Of a stretch of DNA of 64,000 bases, positions 47,399 to 56,700 are shown piece after piece; positions within the stretch are counted from its first letter, which is position 1; each line of letters starts with the position of its first letter. Below the pieces are notes generated by a model that did no database searches, was not told the DNA's origin, and was given only the letters and a program-made list of their open reading frames with translations. The DNA comes from a virus (lineage: Duplodnaviria > Caudoviricetes), in IMG/VR virus record IMGVR_UViG_3300048631_000217; one strand, 5' to 3'. Both the position numbers and the translations under genes were made by a program.

Positions 47399-48166
47399 AT
47401 GACCACCATGTTTGACTTTGAAGACGGCAAAGGCCCTGTCCCGGCCCATCAACATCCGAACGGCGGCGGATGGGTCGCGGACACCGCGTATGTGGCCGAA
47501 ACCGCCTATGTCGGGCCGGATGCTCGTGTTTACGGGGATGCTTGGGTTTCCGGGCAGGCTCGTGTTTACGGGCAGGCTCAGGTTTCCGGGCAGGCTCGTG
47601 TTTTCGGGTATGCTCATGTTTTCGGGTATGCTCATGTTTTCGGGCAGGCTCAGGTTTACGGGCAGGCTCGTGTTTACGGGCAGGCTCAGGTTTCCGGGGA
47701 TGCTCAGGTTTTCGGGCAGGCTCAGGTTTCCGGGCAGGCTCGTGTTTCCGGGCAGGCTCGTGTTTACGGGCAGGCTCAGGTTTCCGGGCAGGCTCGTGTT
47801 TTCGGGTATGCTCATGTTTTCGGGTATGCTCATGTTTTCGGGTATGCTCATGTTTCCGGGCAGGCTCGTGTTTACGGGCAGGCTCAGGTTTTCGGGGATG
47901 CTCAGGTTTTCGGGCAGGCTCAGGTTTACGGGGATGCTTGGGTTTCCGGGCAGGCTCGGGTGAAAGGAATGGTGGCCAAGACCCCTATTGTGATCACTGG
48001 ATTTCCGTTCAATGTCACGATTGAGGACGAGTTGATCAACATCGGGTGCAAATCCATGACTCTTGAAGAATGGGAATCTGAGAAGGGTCGCGAGGCTTTT
48101 GATGGAGATTTCTCAAACAAATACGAAAATGCTATGACCGCGATCAAGGCCCTAAAAAACGTCTAA
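47399..48166 (+). CDS. Hexapeptide-repeat protein, copy B
   Basis: 24 A(R/Q/H/W)V(Y/S/F)G(Q/D/Y) repeats plus C-terminal IGCKSMTLEEW domain. Confidence 0.85.
   Translation: MTTMFDFEDGKGPVPAHQHPNGGGWVADTAYVAETAYVGPDARVYGDAWVSGQARVYGQAQVSGQARVFGYAHVFGYAHVFGQAQVYGQARVYGQAQVSGDAQVFGQAQVSGQARVSGQARVYGQAQVSGQARVFGYAHVFGYAHVFGYAHVSGQARVYGQAQVFGDAQVFGQAQVYGDAWVSGQARVKGMVAKTPIVITGFPFNVTIEDELINIGCKSMTLEEWESEKGREAFDGDFSNKYENAMTAIKALKNV
47522..47953 (+). repeat. 24 x 18-bp coding tandem repeat GCT-NNN-GTT-TNC-GGG-NAN
   Basis: Directly visible; invariant codons at positions 1, 3 and 5. Confidence 0.92.
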
Positions 48167-48171
48167 GACGA

Positions 48172-49485
48172 TCAACGAAAGATAAGGCAACCACTGTCAT
48201 AGACAACATGGTGGCCTAACACGACAGGCGAAGGCGGGGTTTCGGCTATGATAGCGAACCCCGCCTCCTTGTATGTTATGTAATCATCATAACGTCTGTC
48301 GCACCTTATTAATGCGTTGTGGTATTCATCTTTTCTTTTCAAAAATTCGATGATACGAAGGGGCGCGTCAGGTAGAAAATAACCGATTTTCGTAGCATAG
48401 TTGTTTATGACCAACCCATTGTCGTATGACATTCCAACAACATACAAGAGTGTGTTACCCGAAAAAATACCAAAGGCGCGCGTCATTTCCGGTATGTGTA
48501 AATGATTCTCATCAAAGAACCTCTCAGCAACGTTTGTGGGTATCTGAGTAATGTTGCTGATGTCTGGTAGGGGTTTACCGTAATGCAGCGCCTGTTCTAT
48601 CATGCTGATGACGATATCAGGTTTCTCTTCCCCTTCATGTTGATGAAAATGTAGAAGCCTTATACCCAATCTCTCACAAGCCAAAGTCTTGTCCAGATGA
48701 TAATTCTTCCCGACCTTTTCGGCACTATGCCAGTACGTTCCATTAACCTCTACAGCGACCTTGTGTGTTGGGAAATACAGGTCAAGTTCCTTTGGGGGAA
48801 TGATTTTCCGGCTGTTGTGAATCGCCTTCGGAAAACGGTCTTGCAGGAACCGTTCTATAGATGATGTGGCCCGGTTGTTAGGTATAAGCCCTCTTGTCCG
48901 CACCGATACATAATCCCGAGAACACCCAAGAAATTCAGCAAAGTCTTTCGTGGTCCAGCCTAGGCTTACCTTATCCTTGACCCAATCAGTGTCAGACAAT
49001 CTTACGTCAATGCGACCGAAACGTTTTTTCAACCCCTCGCGAAAAACGTTTCGACTTCGATGCGGATCGGTATCAAGTTCCTGTCTTAGTCGATATAGAG
49101 AAACCCCATAACGTTCCGAAAGTTCATTTAAAGTCACCGAACCATCATTCATGTATTCGGCGCGGGCCGTCTCTATGGAATTGGTAAGATCGTGTCTGGC
49201 GGATTCTGCTCTTACCCGGTTTCTCTTCGCATTGGTAGCCGTGTTACGTTGGCCTGTAGCCGTATACGCACACGACTTCCCGCAATACTTCCCGTAGCCT
49301 TTCTTCAATGAAATGAACCTGACCGGCTCATTATTGCATACCTGACATAAGGGGCGTTCAAGGTTATGAGCGGTTCGATACGCCAATTCCTTGTCTGGCA
49401 CATCCCCCGGCAACACGCCCATTTTCCGACCATTGGGCGACTTCCCGTCTCTGAGACACCGGACCACATATTCAAATTTTGTCAA
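48172..49485 (-). CDS. Second Hef-like homing endonuclease (degenerate C-terminal GNAT-like region)
   Basis: CQVC...YCGKSC; KELDLYFP...VAVEVNGTYWHS; YDSGCLIF; between gp13 and gp14. Confidence 0.7.
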   Translation of the reverse strand: MTKFEYVVRCLRDGKSPNGRKMGVLPGDVPDKELAYRTAHNLERPLCQVCNNEPVRFISLKKGYGKYCGKSCAYTATGQRNTATNAKRNRVRAESARHDLTNSIETARAEYMNDGSVTLNELSERYGVSLYRLRQELDTDPHRSRNVFREGLKKRFGRIDVRLSDTDWVKDKVSLGWTTKDFAEFLGCSRDYVSVRTRGLIPNNRATSSIERFLQDRFPKAIHNSRKIIPPKELDLYFPTHKVAVEVNGTYWHSAEKVGKNYHLDKTLACERLGIRLLHFHQHEGEEKPDIVISMIEQALHYGKPLPDISNITQIPTNVAERFFDENHLHIPEMTRAFGIFSGNTLLYVVGMSYDNGLVINNYATKIGYFLPDAPLRIIEFLKRKDEYHNALIRCDRRYDDYITYKEAGFAIIAETPPSPVVLGHHVVYDSGCLIFR

Positions 49486-49487
49486 AG

Positions 49488-50228
49488 CTATCCGATCATG
49501 TTGTGAACCGGAAGACTATAACTGCTAATCATTTCGTCTTCAAGCTGCATTATCTCGTCTCTGGCGTCCGACAGGATTTGTTGGCCATTAAACATTACAC
49601 CGCCGGGCAATTGCATGTTCTCAAATTTGGTCAAATTCGACCCCCATTGATATTTCATTTTGGCAGTTGCGTAATTCTGTAGCCAACGGTCTTTCCAAAC
49701 ATCAACATAGATATTTGGATCAACGATGTTATAGCATTCCGCCACGACATATTGACCTTCGACAACCTTCTTCCAATCCATGTCAATATACAGGCGGTTC
49801 ATATGCCTATTGTATCTCATTGGGGATTGACCTGACAAAATGTCTTCCATCAATTCGATATGCTGTCTGGTCATGACGTAATTCAACATAGAATATGAGG
49901 CAATATCGGTAATGTTGTTTAACATGAATTGGTATTTCGCATTGAACATACCGGAAGCTGTCAAATAGCTACTGATATCAAATATGTTCACAACCCCTAT
50001 AATGCTTTCAGGAATGGTGATATATCCATTTGCGATATCTGTGGCCGTTAGCTGATACTTGAAATAGGTCTTCTCTGTACCGTCGAAATGGTAATCCCAA
50101 TAGTATGACAAAGCTTCGTCAATTCTATCTTCGGCTTGATCATCTGAAATGTTGATATCAATGACAGGTTTGCCTAATTTACGTAGGCACCATTCTTTGA
50201 AATCAAGTCTATTGGTCGGTTGTGGCAT
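49488..50228 (-). CDS. gp13: Neck protein
   Basis: CLRKLGKPVIDINI, DYHFDG, QWGSNLTKF, LPGGV. Confidence 0.95.
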   Translation of the reverse strand: MPQPTNRLDFKEWCLRKLGKPVIDINISDDQAEDRIDEALSYYWDYHFDGTEKTYFKYQLTATDIANGYITIPESIIGVVNIFDISSYLTASGMFNAKYQFMLNNITDIASYSMLNYVMTRQHIELMEDILSGQSPMRYNRHMNRLYIDMDWKKVVEGQYVVAECYNIVDPNIYVDVWKDRWLQNYATAKMKYQWGSNLTKFENMQLPGGVMFNGQQILSDARDEIMQLEDEMISSYSLPVHNMIG

Positions 50229-50312
50229 TGTTAATTCCTTACCAGAATGCGGGCAGGACCATATACAAGGAAGGGTCCAATGTCAGGATACGTTGGTATA
50301 TGGCACGATAGA

Positions 50313-50528
50313 TCATTTGAAAACTGAATCCTTTCCTTCATCATCTTCCTTTGATTTGACTAGGTGTCCCTTGTCAATCAATTCAAGGAAGTTACCCAAA
50401 CGATACCAATACCATTTATGTTGACCTTTGGCCGCTCTCGATGAAATGGTTTCGTCGGGATCACCAAAGAGGATCGTGTTTGCGAGTTGATCCAATGCTA
50501 TAAGAATGTTCCAGATATATCGTTTCAT
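50313..50528 (-). CDS. Small conserved phage protein
   Basis: DQLANTILFGDPDETISSRA motif. Confidence 0.65.
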   Translation of the reverse strand: MKRYIWNILIALDQLANTILFGDPDETISSRAAKGQHKWYWYRLGNFLELIDKGHLVKSKEDDEGKDSVFK

Positions 50529-50920
50529 GCTTCTATCGTCATTGCTAATCGGAATAAGTCATCCACTTGGGTTTCGGTCAATCCGATCAATGCCGACAGG
50601 TTGGCAATCGTCGGGCTGTTACGGCGGAACTCGACGGCTTCGGCCCATGCCAGTTTCGACACGGAATCGGCATTGGCCAATGCTGCCTCGACTTGAGGTA
50701 ACAAACCCTGTTGCATCAATGCTGCCTTTGCCTGAAACCGGGAACATACCATTTTGGTGCGTTCCTTGTCAATCGTGTCGGCTTCGTCGCGGATGACAAA
50801 ATCCTTGTCGGACCAACCGGCCCTTACCGGAGTCACGAAATTGCCATTCGGAAGTCTCAGGATAGTATCGTCAGACACATCCATGACATATTCACCAGTT
50901 TTTCGAAACAGTTTAAGCAT
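50525..50920 (-). CDS. Putative tail-fibre assembly/chaperone protein
   Basis: SRFQAKAAL...LAWAEAVEFRR...QVDDLF; directly after fibre gene. Confidence 0.55.
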   Translation of the reverse strand: MLKLFRKTGEYVMDVSDDTILRLPNGNFVTPVRAGWSDKDFVIRDEADTIDKERTKMVCSRFQAKAALMQQGLLPQVEAALANADSVSKLAWAEAVEFRRNSPTIANLSALIGLTETQVDDLFRLAMTIEA

Positions 50921-50930
50921 ATCCTATCCC

Positions 50931-53582
50931 TTATAGTGCAATGATCTGGACGGTTTTTCGTCCGTCAATTACCAGAATATCAAATATGAATTCCTTACCA
51001 TTGACGGTACTCAATGTGTCTCCATATACCTTGTTCCAGCCCGAAAATGTAACATTACCCGCAGTGCCGTTATTGGTCATCAAGACACTTAACCTGAAGT
51101 TTCCTGTCAATGTCGGGGCACCTAACGTAAAGCTTCCCCCGTTGATGAATTTCTTGTAGTTTGAATTGACAGGTTCCGGTGTATATGTTCCGCCAGTGAC
51201 GGGCGAAGCCAGAGCATATGTTGTGGTTGATTTGATACAACCCGCATAGCTATCGTCTTCAACTTTCGATATCGCCTTGTCTTTAGTCAATACGTCGATA
51301 CCGCCGAATTGCAGTTTATCGGGGTAGATATTGAATTGAGAACCCCAAGCGACTGCCGTGCCGGAATTTGCTGTCGGGTTGCTGGCCACCTTGATCGTCA
51401 ATGGGGTTAGCGTCGTGCTGTCGATATTACCGCCAATATACCATGCGTTTCCGGGTTGGGTAAACGTTTCGGTATATGTCGTGACTGTATTACCCCCCGT
51501 CCCGGTTATGGTCGATGCAACGTAATGACCAAGACGAATTTGCACGTTCCCGGCCCCGTCATTATGGGTAATCCGGTGATTGCCACTCTTCCACTGGTAG
51601 CCATCAGCCGATGAAATCTTCAGTGAAATAGCAGTCAAGTTCTGTGCCGAAGAATCTACATCAGCCCTGACAAAACGGCTGTCGCTTGTCGTGCGGTCGT
51701 AGAATGTTCCGTCTACCTGCGCCTTAGTGTAATAGCGTAGGTCATGGGTATGCGAATCGTCGTCCACTGCTACAGTCAGAGTGACATTGGAAGATCCGTC
51801 AAAAGCCACAGAACCCGTTGCATCGCCGGATAGAGATATGGTGCGGGCCGTGCCAAGACGGGATGCTGTCGTGGCGCTGGTGGCCGTGCTGGCATTACCA
51901 CTCAGTTCCCCGTAGAAAGTCGTTGCCTGTAGTGCATTTCCTTCTGTAGAGAAACGATTAAGAGACTCATTCCATACGAAACTGACATTCGACAGGTTTC
52001 CGCGTTCAACCTCGAAACCTGCATTCTGTGTCGGGGAACCTGTTTCATTCGAATTCAGAAGGATGATGTTGTCGGCGATTGTCACGGTTTCTGTATTGAC
52101 AATAGTAGTGTTACCGCTAACTGTCAGATCCCCGCCGATTACGACACTTCCGGTTGTGGTCATGGTATTGGCGTTGATAGGCCCGTTAAATGTCACTGTA
52201 CGGCTTGTTGAAGCCCCTCGTGCCAAAACACTATCGAAACTATCTGTTGATGCGATAACCGCGTTTCCGCCTGCGGTATTACCCCCCGTGACGCTAATTC
52301 CAGACCCCGCCGAAATGCTTCGTGTGTAATTACCGCTGGTATGGGTTCCGAGAACGATACTGTTATTTGCAGTCACGGCCAAGTTCAATGAGCCGCTTGC
52401 CAATTCAGTAAGCGTAACGTTTGCACTACCTTGGACAACCCCTGACAGGTTCAATGAAATATTCGGACTCGGAACGTTCAACAGGTTCGCCCATGCCAAT
52501 TTCCCTTCAAGGGCTTGGGCGAATACAGTATTCCAACGCTGTCCAGTAGACCCGAGATTGTAGACGATATTCGCAGAAGGTGTTATCGCCGAAGATACTC
52601 TGGCATTGAACGTCACTCTATCGGTATTAGCATTACCTAATACAGTATTTCCTTGTGAATCAAGAAGTCCCAATACCGTGATCGTATTAGCGGTACTTGT
52701 ATCATATGCGAATGAAGCGTTTGACGAAAAAGTAGTCGTGCCAGTAACGGTCAGGTTTCCACCGATAGTCATGCTACCAGAGATATCGTGAACGGCATTC
52801 GCAGAATTTGCGGTCAATACCCCACCGAATGTTGCTGGACCACTTACCGACATAGTATTGGCGGTTAATGTGTCGTTCACCACCGTATTTGATGTTGTGG
52901 CAGTTTGTGCATACAGGTTGCGCCAGCGCAAGGCAGCTTCACCCAAATCATACGTGATATCAGTAAACGGCTTTACTGAATTCTGATCAACCGTCAAAAT
53001 GTCCTTGACATTGTTCGTTGATGTTTTCAGAGTGAAGGTGATCGACCTATACCCGGTATTTGTCGATTGGGCGACAACCTTTCTATCCGTAGACCCTCTT
53101 AGGATCAGGTCGGATTTCAAATCGACTGTGCCATCCGCAACCACGTTGTTAGCGTAAACGAATGACCATAAAGCTGTCGGGGTTCCGAGTGAAACCAGAC
53201 CGTTAGGTGTGATATCGCTTGTGACGTTGGCGGTCAGAGAAAAGGTTGATGTGGCGATAGAAAAGGTGTTGACACTAGATACCGAAAACTGTTCGAACCC
53301 CTGAAAGATCGTATTCGACAATACATTCAGGTTGCCGGGGACACTTGCCGAACCGCCCCGAATCCCATCGAAAACGGCCAAGGTATTTGACGACAAGACG
53401 CCTTCAACATGAACGTTTCCTGTCGTCTGTCCACCATTTGTCGTATTCGGTTGTGCTACGGCGGCGGCGGTAACAGTCACCGTGCCCATATCATAGACAA
53501 CCTGATTAAGCTTGTTAATCAGACCACCGAACGTATCGGTTGTAATCTCGACATTTGCACCCTGATAGGAAGATTTAGCCAT
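50931..53582 (-). CDS. Tail fibre protein
   Basis: Thr/Ser/Asn-rich fibre repeats: GNLTVTGTTT, LGTARTISLSGDATGS, DNIILLN. Confidence 0.8.
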   Translation of the reverse strand: MAKSSYQGANVEITTDTFGGLINKLNQVVYDMGTVTVTAAAVAQPNTTNGGQTTGNVHVEGVLSSNTLAVFDGIRGGSASVPGNLNVLSNTIFQGFEQFSVSSVNTFSIATSTFSLTANVTSDITPNGLVSLGTPTALWSFVYANNVVADGTVDLKSDLILRGSTDRKVVAQSTNTGYRSITFTLKTSTNNVKDILTVDQNSVKPFTDITYDLGEAALRWRNLYAQTATTSNTVVNDTLTANTMSVSGPATFGGVLTANSANAVHDISGSMTIGGNLTVTGTTTFSSNASFAYDTSTANTITVLGLLDSQGNTVLGNANTDRVTFNARVSSAITPSANIVYNLGSTGQRWNTVFAQALEGKLAWANLLNVPSPNISLNLSGVVQGSANVTLTELASGSLNLAVTANNSIVLGTHTSGNYTRSISAGSGISVTGGNTAGGNAVIASTDSFDSVLARGASTSRTVTFNGPINANTMTTTGSVVIGGDLTVSGNTTIVNTETVTIADNIILLNSNETGSPTQNAGFEVERGNLSNVSFVWNESLNRFSTEGNALQATTFYGELSGNASTATSATTASRLGTARTISLSGDATGSVAFDGSSNVTLTVAVDDDSHTHDLRYYTKAQVDGTFYDRTTSDSRFVRADVDSSAQNLTAISLKISSADGYQWKSGNHRITHNDGAGNVQIRLGHYVASTITGTGGNTVTTYTETFTQPGNAWYIGGNIDSTTLTPLTIKVASNPTANSGTAVAWGSQFNIYPDKLQFGGIDVLTKDKAISKVEDDSYAGCIKSTTTYALASPVTGGTYTPEPVNSNYKKFINGGSFTLGAPTLTGNFRLSVLMTNNGTAGNVTFSGWNKVYGDTLSTVNGKEFIFDILVIDGRKTVQIIAL

Positions 53583-53760
53583 CTGTTACCTTTTCTTTTA
53601 CAATCTGTTCTAGCATGGCAATTCGCTTTTCAAGTCCGTTCAAACGGTCTTCCAGCATCCGGTTACGATACTGCATTTCCTTTTGTTGACGGCGTTGTTC
53701 CAATGCCCTTTTGTTGGTATTTAGTAGAACATCGCCGTGTCTCTCGTAATCGCTTTTCAT
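53575..53760 (-). CDS. Small coiled-coil hypothetical protein
   Basis: 61 aa; overlaps both neighbours. Confidence 0.6.
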   Translation of the reverse strand: MKSDYERHGDVLLNTNKRALEQRRQQKEMQYRNRMLEDRLNGLEKRIAMLEQIVKEKVTDG

Positions 53761-56700
53761 CAGGATAGGGCAATCGCTCTAACGTCTCGTAGACGGGGAA
53801 CACGATTGTAGCTTGACGATAGCATGACGATCTTGATTGCATAGACCTTGTATCTATCGAATACTGCGCCATCCTTGCCCTGATATCTCAGGATACCTGT
53901 CGTGCTTTCCAGACCCGCACCACCGCCATTGGTGAATGTGGTTTTGGTAGGGACGAAATACTCGATTTCGCGGAAATCGTCTCTATTGGCATTCGAAGAG
54001 AATCCGTCAGTCTCGGCTTTCTTGGTTAGTTGCGTCCATTCGATTTCTTTGAAGTCTCTTGTATCGAATTCGTTCTTGAATCTCACATACACTTCTACAT
54101 CCGTTCCGGGCGGTCTATAGGCTGTCAGGAATACCTTCAGATCGTCGGCATCCATTCCTTCGGCCAATTCCACGGTCTTAGATATGTATTTCGAAGCCGC
54201 ATTACCCGAACTTGTCGTTTCGCTTGTGGTATCATTATTGATATCATAGGCATAGACAATCATGTTGGATGCTTCGTGATCAACGAATGGAGTCGAATCC
54301 TCGTTATTGTAGAGATTCATTCTCAATCTGAATGAACGTCCGGTATTATCCGAAACCTCATTCGAACGGCTCTTGATGACCGTGTTACGTGTCGTCAGAT
54401 ACTTGTTGCTGCCGAATGCCATAGGCGAAGTATATGTACCACCCCCGTCAATCGACAAGGTATCGGCAACGATATCCAGACTTGTCTTGGTCGTCGTCGC
54501 TTTGGCAATACTTGCTTGCAGGTAACTCACTTGCTGGTTATCAACAGATACTGTGTTAGCTGTCGTGCCGCTGTCCAGACCAAGCAAACTTGAGCCTGCT
54601 ACAAACACCTTACCACTTCGGGCTGTTGAATCCTGTAGCACAAGCTTTGCAGGTTCATTCGGCGACCAATAGGATGCCCGACCCACAATGCTTTCAAAAT
54701 AGGATGCGGCACTGTTTGAAGTTTCGATAGCCTCTTTGACGGTCAGAACCGTATTCGATGTAATTGCCGATATCTCGGCCAATTCATAGGTATTGGCTCC
54801 GGTATAGATAACCAGAGTATCCCCCAACTGGTGTTGACTGAAATTGGTTCCGGTCCCGGTAATCGTCGTATTCCCAGATGTTACCGAAATGGTTCCGGCA
54901 GAATTTGCAGTTACTTTGGCAACATATTCACCTTCCGCAAAATCTCCGGTAGCACTATCGACAGTCAGGAATTCACAATCTCTTGTTCCAAGATATATTG
55001 TGGATTTCTTGGTTGTGTATTCATTGCGGAAAATCGCGAATTTCAGGTTCTCGTTCTGGAAAGCTGTCCAAGCACGGTTATTCGTTGACGCGAACAACGT
55101 TCCGCTGCTCATATCTCGGACAATCGGACGCCCGGAAATAACCCCGTTTTCGCCGGGGGTAGACGTGAATACACGGTAATCGGGACTATTGGCATCCGGC
55201 TTGATGACCAGAGCATATTCCTGACCGCTTTTCAGATAAATCGGTTTATCGAAAATGAACGGAGTCCATACGCTACCGTCCCCGGATACTGTAACCTCAT
55301 CTGAAGTCAAATGCTTCGTGGCAAATGGAATCTTGCGTTTGGCTGGATATCCATTGACAGTTTCCCGAATCTCGACAGTCACACCGAATGTCGGAGATTT
55401 CTTGCGGAAGAATAGCCATACCTTGTCAACCGCCAAAGCGTTATCGTTAGTCTCACCTCTCGGGACAAAGAAGGTTTGGGCAATAGGATCAGACCCCTCA
55501 TCCGAACTTTGTTGGATCGGGAAGTTCTGAACCAATACCCGTGCCGTTGTCTCGACTTCGGGCAAGCGTGTCGATAGCCCCGCCTTCTCAACCGACATAT
55601 TGAATGCGCGGTAGATGAAGGAAGCCCGTGACGTAGATGTGTCTCGATCCTGATAGAGTTGAGTATCGTAGATCTCAAGCTTGCGATCCCCGGTGAAGAA
55701 CGTTTTCGGCGGGATGCGGAAGATTGCCCTCAGAACGCCCTTGGCATCGGTTCTGACGCCTGTTCCGAACTTTCCTGCCCTTACCATATCCATAGGACGA
55801 GTTGCCCCGTTACGGCGTCTTGCAGGCGCTATGTTTGGGTTGACGGCTGTACCATCGAAGAAAAACCAATGCAGGGTATTTGGGCGTAGACCGGATACGA
55901 AGATCCGCACGTTACGTCCGCGCATGAACGGAGAATATGAAACGTTTGTTACAAAATCCCCGACCTCTACCGTATTGGTCCCGGCATTCTGGAATCGAAT
56001 ATCAGTGTTCGTGACAGTGACATTCTGTGCCCCGATACGAGTGCTTTCCACCTGAAGCGGAACGATAGAATTCAGAGAATCCACGAAATCGCTGAATACG
56101 TTTCCAACGTCTATTGTCACATCAGGGGCACGACTTGTATCGTATGCAGCGTCATATGAAGGCTGCATATACGCTTTACCCGAGAAGATATAGTAATCGG
56201 TAACGCAGTTACGGGTTCCCGTAGCGGTTAATTGCTTGACCAAGAACCTGTCAGTATTCGGAGTGATCGTCGCGATTGTATCGTCATAGTTTCTTGCCGA
56301 AACCCAAGAATTTTCATCAACTGCCGTCAAGTCAAGAGGAATGGCGCGGAACTTTGGTGTAATTTCGCTCTTGGCAGGATCAATACCCGCCTTGAATTCC
56401 GTGTCCTTGATATCGGCAATCTTCAGGTTATTGAAATTGTCAACGAAAATCCCGTTCTTGAACCTGTCGGCACCTGTCGCATCGGTAATCAACATATTGA
56501 CCGCCTTTTGCTCCAAGGCATTCAATGCTGTGTAATATTCAAGCGAATCCAGACGGCGTTCGATTCCCCCAATATCGCGCATTGTGTAACGGCGATTCTC
56601 ATTGGTCTTTATCGTGACCCCGAATTCCGGGCGGTTCTTCCGATCCGCAAGGTTTTTCGGTAGGGACGGATAGGCAGGAACATTGATCGTTGCCAGAATC

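Noticed and set aside
10484-47531. Diversity-generating retroelement (TR/VR pair) from the 123-bp repeat
   Set aside because: Mismatches are not adenine-specific (T/C, G/C and A differences on both copies), both copies are coding, and no reverse transcriptase is in the window.
47522-47953. CRISPR array
   Set aside because: Contiguous in-frame 18-bp coding repeats with no unique spacers; no cas genes.
47393-48024. Overlapping alternative-frame ORFs in the repeat (also 10100-10682)
   Set aside because: They follow from a stop-free repeat unit; only the hexapeptide frame has an RBS and flanking domains.
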